From NCBI GenBank assembly GCA_044376115.1, contig JBILLK010000033.1, positions 1-64,000 on the forward strand: 64,000 nt of DNA, given 5' to 3'. Position 1 is the stretch's first letter; each line of letters opens with the position of its first letter. Both the position numbers and the translations under genes were made by a program. The notes beneath the pieces were generated by a model. The model was not told where the DNA came from. It worked only from the letters and a program-made list of their open reading frames with translations, and searched no databases. The stretch comes from Polyangiaceae bacterium (GTDB taxonomy: Bacteria; Myxococcota_A; Polyangia; Polyangiales; Polyangiaceae). Below are positions 18,325 to 28,308 of the stretch, piece by piece.

Positions 18325-18720
18325 ATGAACGACGGAACGCGCATGAAGCGAGCGCTCGCGAAGCTCGTGCTTGCCCCGCTGCTCGAAGCCGGCTTTACCG
18401 GGAGCCACCCACATCTTCGGCGCACGGTGGGCGTGAGGATGGAGCTCGTCAGCTTCCAGACCGACAAATGGGGCGGAGGCTTTCTGATCGAGCTCGCGAC
18501 GTGTCCGTCGAAGAACATTCGCGACTGGGCAGGTCAGCGCGTCGCTGCGGCGAGGGTGACCGCGCACCACATGGCGGAGCGCGTTCGGCTGCCCAAGGTG
18601 GTCAATCGGCGCGCTTGGTATCGCTACGACACGTCGACCGATGAGGCGCGTTTCGACAAGATCGCGAAGCAAGCGTTGACCCACCTTCAACGGCATATCT
18701 CTGGCCTCGAGCTAATTTGA
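18325..18720 (+). CDS. DUF4304-like protein
   Basis: MKRAL...P.L..GF.GS.PH.RR...LVSFQ.DKWGGGF.IE pattern. Confidence 0.7.
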   Translation: MNDGTRMKRALAKLVLAPLLEAGFTGSHPHLRRTVGVRMELVSFQTDKWGGGFLIELATCPSKNIRDWAGQRVAAARVTAHHMAERVRLPKVVNRRAWYRYDTSTDEARFDKIAKQALTHLQRHISGLELI

Positions 18721-18825
18721 CGACGCGTTGGTCCGCGCTCTTCACGTCTGGCTCCGACCCGTAGCGCGCTCCAACGGGCTCGCCTCGCTGGCGGCGAGCG
18801 GCGGGAGTCGGCTAGCGTTTGGTCG

Positions 18826-19215
18826 ATGAGCAAGCGTGGCGTTGGGCTAATGGTGGTCGCACTCGGGCTCGGCGGCTGCTCCTCGGGCGGGCCTCGCGGA
18901 CCGGACGATGCGACCCCACTTCGCTGCGGTCAGACCGATGCATGCAAACCGCTCGACATGGAGATCGCCGACGCTTGCGCCTCCAAAGGCACTGTGCGTC
19001 GCCAGACCTGCGGCAATTACACCGTCTTGTCGGTCGCCACCGACCCCAACAGCTACGTCTACACCAAAGAGAATCGCTACTACGACAGCTCCGGTCGCCT
19101 CGTCGGCACCTCGATGTTCGTGAGCGAGTATGCGCGCTTCATCAACCAAGGCGAAGTCCCCTCGTGTGCGGACAGCGCACCGCCAGTCACGGTTTGCGGC
19201 TCCTCAAGCCAATAG
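18826..19215 (+). CDS. small Cys-containing lipoprotein
   Basis: Lipobox LGGC; YYDSSGRLVG beta-hairpin. Confidence 0.75.
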   Translation: MSKRGVGLMVVALGLGGCSSGGPRGPDDATPLRCGQTDACKPLDMEIADACASKGTVRRQTCGNYTVLSVATDPNSYVYTKENRYYDSSGRLVGTSMFVSEYARFINQGEVPSCADSAPPVTVCGSSSQ

Positions 19216-19293
19216 CGATGGCATGCAAATATGCATCGCTTCGATGCCCAAGCTCGGCTTTCGACTTCGGCCGGCAAGCTGCATCGTCAGGTG

Positions 19294-19944
19294 ATGAGAA
19301 ACGCTCTGCTCCTGCTCGGAAACCCGGACCCCCGCAGCTTCAACGCCGAACTCGCGCGCTCTTACGCGCAAGGCTTCACTGCCGCCGGAGGCTCTGCCAC
19401 CACCATCGACCTCGGTCAGCTGAACTTCGATCTCGTGTTGCGGCGCGGCTTCCGCGAACCCCAGCCGCTCGAGCCCGACCTTGAAAAGGTGCGTATAGCG
19501 ATCGAAAAGGCCGACCACGTCGTGTGGCTGTTCCCGACCTATTGGGGCTCGCCACCGGCCTTGGTGCGCGGCTTGGTGGACCGCGTCTTCTTGCCCAACT
19601 GGGCCTTCCGCTACAACGGCGGCGCCCTGCCCGAGGGGCTCTTGCGTGGGCGCTCGGCACGCGTCATCGCCACCATGGATAGCCCCGCGTGGTGGTATGC
19701 ACTGGCGCATCGCTGGGCGCTGCACGCCACCATGGGCACCGGCACCCTACGCTTTTCCGGCTTCTCTCCGGTGCGCTTCAGCTTGGTCCACGGCGTGCGA
19801 GAAATGGAGGCCGCCGCTCGCAACAAACAGATCGAGCGCATCCGCGCTGTCGCTGGCAAAGACGCCCGCAGCTCGAGGCCACGCGGCGCACCGCAGGCGC
19901 TGCCTGCGAACCAGAAGCCCCGTGAGCTCGTGGCCCACGAGTAG
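19294..19944 (+). CDS. NAD(P)H-dependent oxidoreductase, flavodoxin-like fold (Flavodoxin_2)
   Basis: GNPDPRSFN, LEPDL, FPTYWGSPPALVRGLVDRV, LLRGRSAR..TMDSP. Confidence 0.9.
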   Translation: MRNALLLLGNPDPRSFNAELARSYAQGFTAAGGSATTIDLGQLNFDLVLRRGFREPQPLEPDLEKVRIAIEKADHVVWLFPTYWGSPPALVRGLVDRVFLPNWAFRYNGGALPEGLLRGRSARVIATMDSPAWWYALAHRWALHATMGTGTLRFSGFSPVRFSLVHGVREMEAAARNKQIERIRAVAGKDARSSRPRGAPQALPANQKPRELVAHE

Positions 19945-19945
19945 G

Positions 19946-20227
19946 TCAGCCTCTCGCCCGCCGAGCCTTCAACGCTGCAGCGATCACGAGCACAGCGCCG
20001 AGCACCATCAGGCTCCCTCCGATGATCGTCGGGTAGACCATCGCCGTACCGATTCCGTCGGCGAGGTACTTAGCCTTGTTCGCCGCGTTGACGCTACCGA
20101 CCTTCTCAAAGGACCATACAAGCCCGGCGACCGTCATCACCAGGCCAAGCAGCGGGCCTCCAAGGAGCAGCCCAATTCCTACCCTTTGCAGCCTTTCTCC
20201 GGGTGGACGCGCGGCCTTGCTGTTCAT
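19946..20227 (-). CDS. minimal MotA/TolQ/ExbB-like membrane protein
   Basis: GPLLGLVMTVAGL..SF...LADGIGTAM, equivalent to the ExbB TM2-TM3 signature. Confidence 0.7.
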   Translation of the reverse strand: MNSKAARPPGERLQRVGIGLLLGGPLLGLVMTVAGLVWSFEKVGSVNAANKAKYLADGIGTAMVYPTIIGGSLMVLGAVLVIAAALKARRARG

Positions 20228-20287
20228 GAGGTCCGGCGTACGCACGCAGCCAGAGGGGCGCAAGGCTGATGACTGCTGGCTGCAGGG

Positions 20288-20626
20288 CTAGGGCGGCGAA
20301 GTCCAGCGTTCGGTGCCCGAGGCGTCGCGGGTACGCAAGCCCGCTTCGTCGATCTCCACGCGCACCCTGCCGGCTGCGTCGCGAACGATGAGCCGTCCGC
20401 CCTGCGCCGTGCGATCCAGCGTGATCACCTCGCCCTCCTCCTCCGCACCGAAGATGGCAATATCATGCGAGGTAACCTTCTTGTATTGCGCCGTCGTATC
20501 CGCCGCGCCACAGCCGATGGCGACGAGCACCGCCGCGCCGAACCACAACTTAAGCCGGCGATGCCGGCGCTCGAGCTGCTCAAGACGGCACGCGAGCTGT
20601 TCAATCGAGGGCTGAGAGGCGTTCAT
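20288..20626 (-). CDS. hypothetical membrane-anchored protein
   Basis: Coiled coil RLEQLERR, one TM, short beta domain. Confidence 0.65.
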   Translation of the reverse strand: MNASQPSIEQLACRLEQLERRHRRLKLWFGAAVLVAIGCGAADTTAQYKKVTSHDIAIFGAEEEGEVITLDRTAQGGRLIVRDAAGRVRVEIDEAGLRTRDASGTERWTSPP

Positions 20627-20817
20627 CGCGGCATCGTACGCGAACACGGATTGCGGCGAAGGCCCTCCGCGTTTTTACGTACCTCTACCTCGGTCGATCG
20701 CGATGGCTCGTTCAAGTTCGGTTTTGTCCCGCCTACGTCGTAAAGCGCTCACGCTGGACGAGTGAATGTTCGCCCTTGCCGTGGCATGTGCCGTATGTCG
20801 ATACGACGCAGCCGATC

Positions 20818-21420
20818 ATGTCTGAAGTTGCCTTGTATCCGATGAACTTCGACGCCCGAGGGGCGCCGCTACTTCGTGGTTTTCGCGGAACCATCGTGCT
20901 GTCGGGCCGCCGCGTGTTGCGCACGCGGGGGCTGACTGCGGACTACGAGCGCCTCTTGTCTGCGCCTGCGCGCGCCGCGCTAGACGCGGTGACCGCAGGC
21001 GACTTGGTGCCGATGCCGCTGGCGGAGGCGCACGAGGACGCGCTCGACCGCTTGGGCCTCGCCCGAGATGACCAACGCTCTTTCGGCGCCGAGATGAGTG
21101 AGATCGTCAACGGCGTGGTGTACTCGACGTTGATCCGCTTGGTCGGCGCAACCGGCGCGTCACCCTGGGTGGTCTTCAAGCAGGCCAACAAGACCTGGAG
21201 CCGCCTTTACGATGGCGGCGCCGTAGCGGCCTACCAGCTCGCTCCTAGCATCGCGCGCGTCGAGGTCTGGGGAGACTCGCTAGCGCGCCACGAGATGCAC
21301 CGCGAGGCCTTCGGTGGCGCGCTGTTGCATGCCGTTTCCAGCTTCTGCGCTACGCCCGCTCTGAGCGAGCTCCCGACCAAACGCAGCGAGAACAGTTTTG
21401 CTTTTCAAGTGAAGTGGTGA
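20818..21420 (+). CDS. myxobacterial hypothetical protein (DUF2378-like, tentative)
   Basis: Ends in F.V.W; W.RLYDGG; pattern recalled from myxobacterial V4R/DUF2378-like proteins; start uncertain. Confidence 0.55.
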   Translation: MSEVALYPMNFDARGAPLLRGFRGTIVLSGRRVLRTRGLTADYERLLSAPARAALDAVTAGDLVPMPLAEAHEDALDRLGLARDDQRSFGAEMSEIVNGVVYSTLIRLVGATGASPWVVFKQANKTWSRLYDGGAVAAYQLAPSIARVEVWGDSLARHEMHREAFGGALLHAVSSFCATPALSELPTKRSENSFAFQVKW

Positions 21421-21448
21421 GGCTGCGCGAGCCAGCTACATTGCGCAG

Positions 21449-23200
21449 ATGCCGCCGAGTCCGATGCGCGTCTTTCTCGAGCAGCCTGCGCTGCATCACG
21501 ACGCTGGTGCGTGGTGGGCGTTGGTCGAACGCGCGAGCGAGTTCACAGCCGACGAGGTCGTGGCGCTCTTGGAGCTTTACGAGCCACTTTTGGGCGTGGG
21601 GCTGTGGCCACCGCTTTTCGATCCGTTGCTGAAGGTGCCCGGGCTGCGCGAGCGATTGCCCCACGCCTCGGTGGCCGTGCGTGAGGTGCTGAGCCATGGG
21701 CTTTTCTGCGCTGGGCAACTCGCGCTCGACGAGCTGCCGGAGGTCGTCTGCGACCGTGTGTACGCCGGGTACCTCGAGCGCGAGCCCGACGGATGGCTCG
21801 CGCTGGAGCTCGAGCAGGAGCGGGCGCGTTTTGGTGGTCAACGGCTCGAGGGCGGGCTGCGAGCGGCTGCGCTTCGCAGCCCCGAGCAGCTCGCGCCGGA
21901 GATCGTCGCCGTGGCGTCGCTCGGCGCGACGAATCGCGAGGCTGTGTTGCTCGCGCTCAGGTCGAGCGGCGAGCCGCTCGACCTCGAGCGCGAGCCCCTG
22001 CGTGCGAGGGGACCTTTGCAATCACCGAGCGCAGCTCAACTCGATCTCATCGTTGGTCTGCTCAATCAATGGCTTAAACAACCTCCCAGCGACGTCACGC
22101 CCAGCATGCGTTTCCGCGCCTGCTGCGTCCTCCTCGAACATGGGCGGCTCGCGCCGGAACACGACGCGCTCCTGCCGAGCGAGATGTTCGCTTGGCGCGA
22201 TGATCTTGCATACGCCGAGGATTGTGGCCTTTGCGGCGGCGCGCGGGCGGAGCCTGCGCTCGAAGAAGAGCCCTCATTGGCGGTCGCCTACTTGCTTTGG
22301 CGCTTACCGCGCGAACGGTGTGAACGCTTGCTTGAGAGGGCTGAGCATTGCGCAGACCAACGCGCGGTGGGGCGCTTGTTTCGCGGTTGGCTGCTTGCGA
22401 GCCGTGAGGCCAGCGAGCCCGAGAGCGCGCTGCGCGCAGCGGCGCAGTCGCTCGCTCCGTTCGCTGCGCAGCTACTCGAGCTCGCGTGGGCGCGCGTGCA
22501 ATTCTCACCCGATGGGCGCTTGCCGCGGCGGCTGCAACAGGAGCTGCTCGCCAGCCTCGAGCCGTCAAGCACGTCGAAGGTGGTGCGCGCACCGACGCCG
22601 GCGGAGCTCAGGGCAGCGCACGGTCACAGACGCGATCGGGTGTTGCGGCTGCTCGAACTGCACGCTCCAATCTCGGTCCTGCTGCGCGACGCCAATCGTT
22701 TGCGAACGCTGGAGCGGCTCGCACAAGCCTTACCGAGCGCAGCGCGCGAGCTTGAACGCACTACGGAGTCGGAGCCGTCGGCTTCTTCGGATTGGGCGCC
22801 TCCGCGAACTGAGGTCGCGCTGCTGCGCCTCGTCCTTCGCGAGCTGTTCAGCGAGGACGCCGAGCTCGAGCGTATGGTCGCGGACCTTGCGCGCATCGAA
22901 CGCGGCGAGCGCGCGATCGAAGGAGAACTTGCGCAGCGGCTGGAGCAGGCGTGGGAAGCCGGTGCACGAGACGCTCGCGGTGCTGTCGCGCACTTCGCCT
23001 TTTGTGCGCGCGACTACGCCGCGGACGAGCAGCTTCGCACCGACCAGGACGATCTCTTCGATGTGGCGGAGCGAGCCTTCAGCGCGATCTTCTTGCACCG
23101 AGCCGGGCCGGAGGCGCACGGTCAGCCGCTGATCGAAGCTCGCCGCGGCTTTTGGCTGCGCTGGCTGACCGAGCTTTTGCCAGCGGCGATCCGCGGCTGA
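21449..23200 (+). CDS. hypothetical alpha-helical protein (583 aa)
   Basis: Long ORF, Leu/Ala/Glu-rich, TACATT box 6 nt before the ATG. Confidence 0.6.
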   Translation: MPPSPMRVFLEQPALHHDAGAWWALVERASEFTADEVVALLELYEPLLGVGLWPPLFDPLLKVPGLRERLPHASVAVREVLSHGLFCAGQLALDELPEVVCDRVYAGYLEREPDGWLALELEQERARFGGQRLEGGLRAAALRSPEQLAPEIVAVASLGATNREAVLLALRSSGEPLDLEREPLRARGPLQSPSAAQLDLIVGLLNQWLKQPPSDVTPSMRFRACCVLLEHGRLAPEHDALLPSEMFAWRDDLAYAEDCGLCGGARAEPALEEEPSLAVAYLLWRLPRERCERLLERAEHCADQRAVGRLFRGWLLASREASEPESALRAAAQSLAPFAAQLLELAWARVQFSPDGRLPRRLQQELLASLEPSSTSKVVRAPTPAELRAAHGHRRDRVLRLLELHAPISVLLRDANRLRTLERLAQALPSAARELERTTESEPSASSDWAPPRTEVALLRLVLRELFSEDAELERMVADLARIERGERAIEGELAQRLEQAWEAGARDARGAVAHFAFCARDYAADEQLRTDQDDLFDVAERAFSAIFLHRAGPEAHGQPLIEARRGFWLRWLTELLPAAIRG

Positions 23201-23274
23201 ATCGCGAGGCCAGCGCCGCCTTTGCGAGTGGGGAACGGGATGACCTTGCGTGGTGAGCGGCGTATAGTTCGCGC

Positions 23275-24219
23275 ATGACGTCTGCGCGCCGCGTCGCTGG
23301 ATTCACGCTCGCGGCGTGCTGGCTTTCGCGTTCGCCGGCGGGTGCGCAGGAAAGCCCCTCCGCGAGCGAGCCGCCCGCAAAGGAGGCGGCCACGAACGAG
23401 ACCGAAGGTCAGCGGCTCTTTCGCGAGGGTCGTGAGGCGCTCGCGCGTAGCGAGCTTGAGTTCGCCTGCAACAAGTTCACTGAAAGCTACGCCAAAGAGA
23501 AGGCGATAGGTCCGCTGCTCAACCTCGCCAACTGCGAGGAGAATCGCGGTCACCTGGTAGCAGCTCGCACCCTTTGGCTTTCAGCGCGGAGCCTGCCGAC
23601 GAAGGATCAGGAGCTTGCCCAGCTGGCTGAAACGCGTCTCGCTGCGCTCGAGCCCAACGTCCCACGTTTGCGGATCGAGCTCGAGCCGGGATCGGCTCCG
23701 GAGGCTCGGGTGGAAGTGGACGGGGTCCTCATCGCGCAGCTTCAAGAGCCGATTTACCTCGACCCAGGCAAACACACGATCGCGGGTCGCGCGGGTGCAT
23801 CCGAAGCGATCAAGGAGGTCACGCTCTCGCGCGGAGAGCTGCTCACGGTGAAGCTGTTGGTGGAGCCACCTCCAGGGCCGAGGTCGGAGGAGGCTTGGGT
23901 CGCCGGCTGGATCCTCGGCGGAGTCGGCGTTGCTGGCGCGATTGGTTTTGCTGTAACGGGCGCCATCGTCTTGGGCCACGCGGCGGACTGGGCCGATGCA
24001 GGGTGCAACGCGCGAGAGACTCCCGCATGTGCGGCGTTTTTGCCTGAGGATTCGCTTTACGTCGCTAATGCGGTGCTCGGGGGTGTGGGGCTCGTCGCTG
24101 CGGGCGTAGGGGTCGTCCTCGTGGCGCTGAACGTTCCGGACTCCGATGAAGGCTCGGCGCCGGTGGCCATCGGGACGGGTCCCGGCGATCTTGGTTTATC
24201 GATCATGGTGCGACGATGA
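23275..24219 (+). CDS. TPR + PEGA-like domain protein with C-terminal membrane segments
   Basis: LFREGR...ACNKF.ES...LLNLANCEE, VEVDG...LDPGKHTI, two hydrophobic C-terminal helices. Confidence 0.85.
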   Translation: MTSARRVAGFTLAACWLSRSPAGAQESPSASEPPAKEAATNETEGQRLFREGREALARSELEFACNKFTESYAKEKAIGPLLNLANCEENRGHLVAARTLWLSARSLPTKDQELAQLAETRLAALEPNVPRLRIELEPGSAPEARVEVDGVLIAQLQEPIYLDPGKHTIAGRAGASEAIKEVTLSRGELLTVKLLVEPPPGPRSEEAWVAGWILGGVGVAGAIGFAVTGAIVLGHAADWADAGCNARETPACAAFLPEDSLYVANAVLGGVGLVAAGVGVVLVALNVPDSDEGSAPVAIGTGPGDLGLSIMVRR

Positions 24220-25220
24220 ACGCCGCGCGCTGGGCGGGCGCGTTATTGGGTATGGCTGGGCTGATGGTGGTCGGCTCGAGTTGCATCGCGCTCGATGCCG
24301 CGCTCTTTTCCTCCGATGACGTGTGCGGCAACGGCGTCGTTCAAGACGGTGAGCAGTGTGATGACGCCAATGAGCGAGACGATGATGCCTGCATCGAGTG
24401 TCAGCTGGCGTTCTGTGGTGATGGCTACCTGCTCGCAGGCATCGAGAAGTGTGATCCCGGTTTAGACCCTGCGTGCCCTGCTTCCTGCGTGACGTGCGGC
24501 GACGGGCTCGTGGAAAACGGAGAGGAGTGCGACGACGCCAACGCCTCGAACGACGATAGTTGCCTCAATGATTGCATGGCCGCGCGCTGTGGCGACGGCT
24601 TCATCAAAGCGGGCGAAGAGGCGTGCGACGACGGCAACCCATCGAATGAGGACGGATGCCTGAGCGATTGCGCGGCCGCGCGCTGCGGTGACGGCTTTGT
24701 CAATCCGGAGGTCGAGGCGTGCGACGACGCCAACGCCTCCAACGACGATAGTTGCCTGAACGATTGCACGGCCGCGCGCTGCGGTGACGGCTTTGTCAAT
24801 CCGGAGGTCGAGGCGTGCGACGACGCCAACGCCTCCAACGACGATAGTTGCCTGAACGATTGCACGGCCGCGCGCTGCGGTGACGGCTTTGTCAATCCGG
24901 AGGCCGAGGCGTGCGACGACGGCAACCCATCGAACGAGGACGGGTGCCTGAACGAGTGCGTTCTCGCGACCTGCGGCGACGGCTTTGTCAATCCGGAGGC
25001 CGAGGCGTGCGACGACGGCAATGACCTCGACACCGACAGCTGCGTCGCGGGTTGCAACCTAGCGACCTGCGGAGATGGGTTCGTTTGGAGCGAAGATGGT
25101 GGCGACGAGGAGTGCGACCTAACTCCCGTCACGAATCGGGACGATTGTGATGCGTTCTGTCACTGGTGCGATTGCAACGACGTTCCGTACGCTCCAGGCT
25201 GCTTTTTTACCTGCGACTGA
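24216..25220 (+). CDS. DUF4215 / myxococcal cysteine-rich repeat lipoprotein
   Basis: Repeated CGDG....E.CDD.N...D.C...C units; GSSC lipobox; ATGA overlap with upstream gene. Confidence 0.9.
   Translation: MNAARWAGALLGMAGLMVVGSSCIALDAALFSSDDVCGNGVVQDGEQCDDANERDDDACIECQLAFCGDGYLLAGIEKCDPGLDPACPASCVTCGDGLVENGEECDDANASNDDSCLNDCMAARCGDGFIKAGEEACDDGNPSNEDGCLSDCAAARCGDGFVNPEVEACDDANASNDDSCLNDCTAARCGDGFVNPEVEACDDANASNDDSCLNDCTAARCGDGFVNPEAEACDDGNPSNEDGCLNECVLATCGDGFVNPEAEACDDGNDLDTDSCVAGCNLATCGDGFVWSEDGGDEECDLTPVTNRDDCDAFCHWCDCNDVPYAPGCFFTCD
24675..24866 (+). repeat. two identical 96-bp tandem units within a longer degenerate array
   Basis: 24675-24770 equals 24771-24866; related units flank both sides. 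Confidence 0.9.
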
Positions 25221-25235
25221 AGCGTCAGCCGCGAG

Positions 25236-26762
25236 CTAGTCAGCTCCGCCGTACTTCGAAAGTGGGTCGACTGGCTTCGGAGCGGGTGAATCGGTCCGCT
25301 CGGTGGTTGCGGGCGCAGGTTCATTTCGTGGGGCGGCCGATTTACCAGCCTTCGCTCCGCTGCTGGGCGCCGCGGAGGAGCTCGAGGGCGCCTCTGCTGA
25401 CGTTTGCGCTTTCGAAGGCGCCGCGGCCGAGCTGCTGGGCGCCGCTTCCAAGCTGATCGTCGGCGCCTCCGGGCCGGCTCCCGCAGGCGCTACGACCGAG
25501 CTTGCTGGCTCGGCCTTTTGTGGCGTTGAAGAGGGCGCAGCCGGCTCCGTTTCCTGCACGCTCTGCGGCTCTTGCGGCGTCGCATCGGCGCGCTGGTCGC
25601 GATGGCGAGCGTTGCCCCAATGGGAGAGGCCAGCCGCGAGGCTGAGCCCGAGGACCGAGCCGACTACGATTGCGGCTCCAGCGATCAGCCGCTGTCGACT
25701 CCGGGTTCGGGCTAGCGGGATGGTCGTTGAAAGCGACCCCGATGAAAGCTCCGGGGGCCCTACGGCCGTCTCGTCCTCGGAGCGGCTCGTTCTCGGCTGA
25801 GCCTGCAACTCGAACAACACCGAGCCCGCTGGGACAACGCTGCTTCGATCGACGACGCCTACGAGTCGATGCACTTCCTCGGCGGTCCGCTGCGAGTCCA
25901 CGCCACCAAACTTCGCCAGGGCCCGTGCAAATTCACCAAGACTGGGAAAGCGATCATCCGGCCGTTTGGCCATCGCTTTGCTGATCGCACGTTCGACTTC
26001 TTCGGGCGCGTCCGGGCGCTTGCTCCGCAGCAGCGCGGCCGGTTGGGTCGCGATTGCGACGCTCACCGCACCCGGATTATCACCCCAAAAGGCTGGCTCG
26101 CCGGTCAGCAGCTCGAACAGGACGTGCGCGAGCGCGTGTTGGTCGGCACGCGCGTCGGCATGCAGCGCGCTGCGAAACTGCTCGGGCGCCATGTACAGCG
26201 GCGTCCCGAAGCTCGAACTCGAGGTCGTGAGCCGGCCCTTCTCTGACATTGGCGCGCGCGCCAGTCCGAAGTCGAGCACCTTCACCAGCTGCCGCCCCGA
26301 CGAATCTTGAGCGAGGAAGAGATTCGACGGCTTCACGTCGCGATGCACCGAACCCGCCGCATGAAGATGCGCAAGCCCAACGCTGGCTTCGAGCACCCAC
26401 TGCACCGTCTCTGCCACCGAGAGCATGCGCTTCTGCTCGAAGGCTTGTTCGATGATCTGCTCGAAATCGAGCCCCTCGAGGTAGTCCATGACCAAGAACG
26501 GCTCGCCCGAGGCCAGCCGACCAAGATCGGTAACGCGCACCAGATGCGGGCTCATGACGCGCGCTGCGAGCCGTGCCTCGTTCTCGAAGCGCGTGAGCAT
26601 CTCGGCGTCACGAGCGGGCTCGGCGTGCATCAGCTTGAGGGCGAAACGACCACCCAACTGCTCGTGCACGACCTCGAGCACCATGCCCATCCCGCCTTGG
26701 CCGAGCACGCGGACCACCCGATACCGATCGGCCAGTAGGGTCCCGCGCGTCAACTCGGCCAT
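25236..26762 (-). CDS. Hanks-type Ser/Thr protein kinase with TM and low-complexity extracellular tail
   Basis: LGQGGMG, ALK, HRDVKPSN, DFG, GTPLYMAPE. Confidence 0.95.
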   Translation of the reverse strand: MAELTRGTLLADRYRVVRVLGQGGMGMVLEVVHEQLGGRFALKLMHAEPARDAEMLTRFENEARLAARVMSPHLVRVTDLGRLASGEPFLVMDYLEGLDFEQIIEQAFEQKRMLSVAETVQWVLEASVGLAHLHAAGSVHRDVKPSNLFLAQDSSGRQLVKVLDFGLARAPMSEKGRLTTSSSSFGTPLYMAPEQFRSALHADARADQHALAHVLFELLTGEPAFWGDNPGAVSVAIATQPAALLRSKRPDAPEEVERAISKAMAKRPDDRFPSLGEFARALAKFGGVDSQRTAEEVHRLVGVVDRSSVVPAGSVLFELQAQPRTSRSEDETAVGPPELSSGSLSTTIPLARTRSRQRLIAGAAIVVGSVLGLSLAAGLSHWGNARHRDQRADATPQEPQSVQETEPAAPSSTPQKAEPASSVVAPAGAGPEAPTISLEAAPSSSAAAPSKAQTSAEAPSSSSAAPSSGAKAGKSAAPRNEPAPATTERTDSPAPKPVDPLSKYGGAD

Positions 26763-26800
26763 GCGCCGGCTAGGCTACCACGCGCCGCGTTCCGGCGCGC

Positions 26801-27805
26801 TCAAAGGCTGATCACCACCTTGCCGAAGTGCGAGCCCGAGCCGAGGTGCTCGTAGGCCGCTCGCGCCTGCTCGAAGCCGAATACGCGGTCGACGATGGGC
26901 TCGATACGGTTGGCGCTGAGCGCGTGGTTGAAGCGCTCGAACATAGCGACCGAGCCAACGTAGATACCGGCCACGCGCAGCGCCTTGTGGAACAGCCCGT
27001 AGGTGTTGACCTCACCGCGCAGGCCGGTGAGCACGCCCAACAGGCTCATCGTTCCGCCGTAACGCAGCGCTGCGATCGATTGGTCGAAGGTCCCCGGGCC
27101 ACCTACTTCGACCACCAGGTCCACCCCGCGGCCGCCGGTCAGCGCGCGCGCCGCGTCGCCCCACTTGGGCTCAGCGACGTAGTCGAGTACGTGATCGGCG
27201 CCGAGCTCGAGCGCTCGCTTGCGTTTGGCCTCGCTCGAAGAGGTGACGATCGTGGTCGCGCCCGCGGCCTTCGCCAGCTGCAGCCCGAATACCGAAACGC
27301 CGCCCGTCCCTTGCAGCAGCACCACCTGACCAGGCCGCAGCTGGGTCGCTTCAAACATGGCGTTCCAAGCGGTCACCCCGGCGCATGGCAGCGTTGCCGC
27401 CTGTTCGAACGAGAGGTGCTCGGGGATGCGCACCCACGACGTCTCCGCGAGCACGACCTCTTCCGCGAGCATGCCGTCCTGCCCTCCACCAAGCGCGCGC
27501 GCATGGTGAAAGTCCGACAGCTCCCCGTCTTGCCAGCTCGGAAAGAAGTTCGCCATCACGCGGTCGCCCGCTTTGAAACGCGTGACCCCCGCGCCCACCG
27601 CGATCACCTCGCCAGCCCCATCGGAGAGCGGCACAATGGGCGCTTTGCGGTTCTTGGCGCCGCGGGCCACCGAGAGATCGCGATAGTTCAGTGAGGTCGC
27701 GCGCACGCGCACTTTGACCTGGCCAGCCGTCACCTCGGGTGAGGGCCGCTCGGCCAACGTCAGAGCGTCAAAGCCTTCACGCGGTTGCAATTCATAAACT
27801 CGCAT
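26801..27805 (-). CDS. NAD(P)-dependent alcohol dehydrogenase-like MDR oxidoreductase
   Basis: SLNYRD, PLSDGAG, TLPCAGVTAW, QGTGGVS, HFGKVVI. Confidence 0.95.
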   Translation of the reverse strand: MRVYELQPREGFDALTLAERPSPEVTAGQVKVRVRATSLNYRDLSVARGAKNRKAPIVPLSDGAGEVIAVGAGVTRFKAGDRVMANFFPSWQDGELSDFHHARALGGGQDGMLAEEVVLAETSWVRIPEHLSFEQAATLPCAGVTAWNAMFEATQLRPGQVVLLQGTGGVSVFGLQLAKAAGATTIVTSSSEAKRKRALELGADHVLDYVAEPKWGDAARALTGGRGVDLVVEVGGPGTFDQSIAALRYGGTMSLLGVLTGLRGEVNTYGLFHKALRVAGIYVGSVAMFERFNHALSANRIEPIVDRVFGFEQARAAYEHLGSGSHFGKVVISL

Positions 27806-27851
27806 ACAGACCTCCTGGTAGGGATTGCGCGAGCCTCATACAATGCAGCGA

Positions 27852-28250
27852 ATGCCGCAAGTACGTACAAGTAGAGTAGGTACTATCAAGAAAGGTAGTG
27901 TTAGCGCGAAGCCGCTAAAAACGGCACGCGGTGATGACCAGCGCTCCAACTGCGCGGTGGAGGCCACGCTCGCGGTGATCGGTGGGCGCTGGAAGGGCGT
28001 CGTGTTGTACTGGTTGCTCGCGAGCAAGCACCGCTTCGGCGAGCTGCGTCGTCGCGTCCCCAACTGCACCGAGCGCATGTTGACGCTGCAGCTGCGCGAA
28101 CTCGAGGAAGACGGGCTTGTCACTCGCACCGTGTTCGCCGAGGTCCCCCCGCGCGTCGAATACGAGCTCACGGCGTTCGGCAGAAGCTTGGAGCCGATTC
28201 TGCTCGGCATGCGTGAATGGGGCGAACGCTACAAACGCCGGTTGCGCTGA
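27852..28250 (+). CDS. HxlR-family winged-helix regulator (start uncertain)
   Basis: CAVEATLAVIGGRWK, RFGELRR, LTLQLRELEEDG, VPPRVEYELT; divergent from the MDR gene. Confidence 0.9.
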   Translation: MPQVRTSRVGTIKKGSVSAKPLKTARGDDQRSNCAVEATLAVIGGRWKGVVLYWLLASKHRFGELRRRVPNCTERMLTLQLRELEEDGLVTRTVFAEVPPRVEYELTAFGRSLEPILLGMREWGERYKRRLR

Positions 28251-28308
28251 GCTCGAAAGGAGCGCGCAACTTCCTTGACCGCGCCGTGACCGCGTTGGCT
28301 TGCCGCGA

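Noticed and set aside
18325..18720. DUF4304-like gene as part of a toxin-immunity pair
   Set aside because: No adjacent toxin gene is recognisable.
21696..23132. 478-aa alternative-frame ORF
   Set aside because: Arg/Ser/Cys-rich off-frame composition; 21449-23200 has the normal codon pattern and a promoter-like box.
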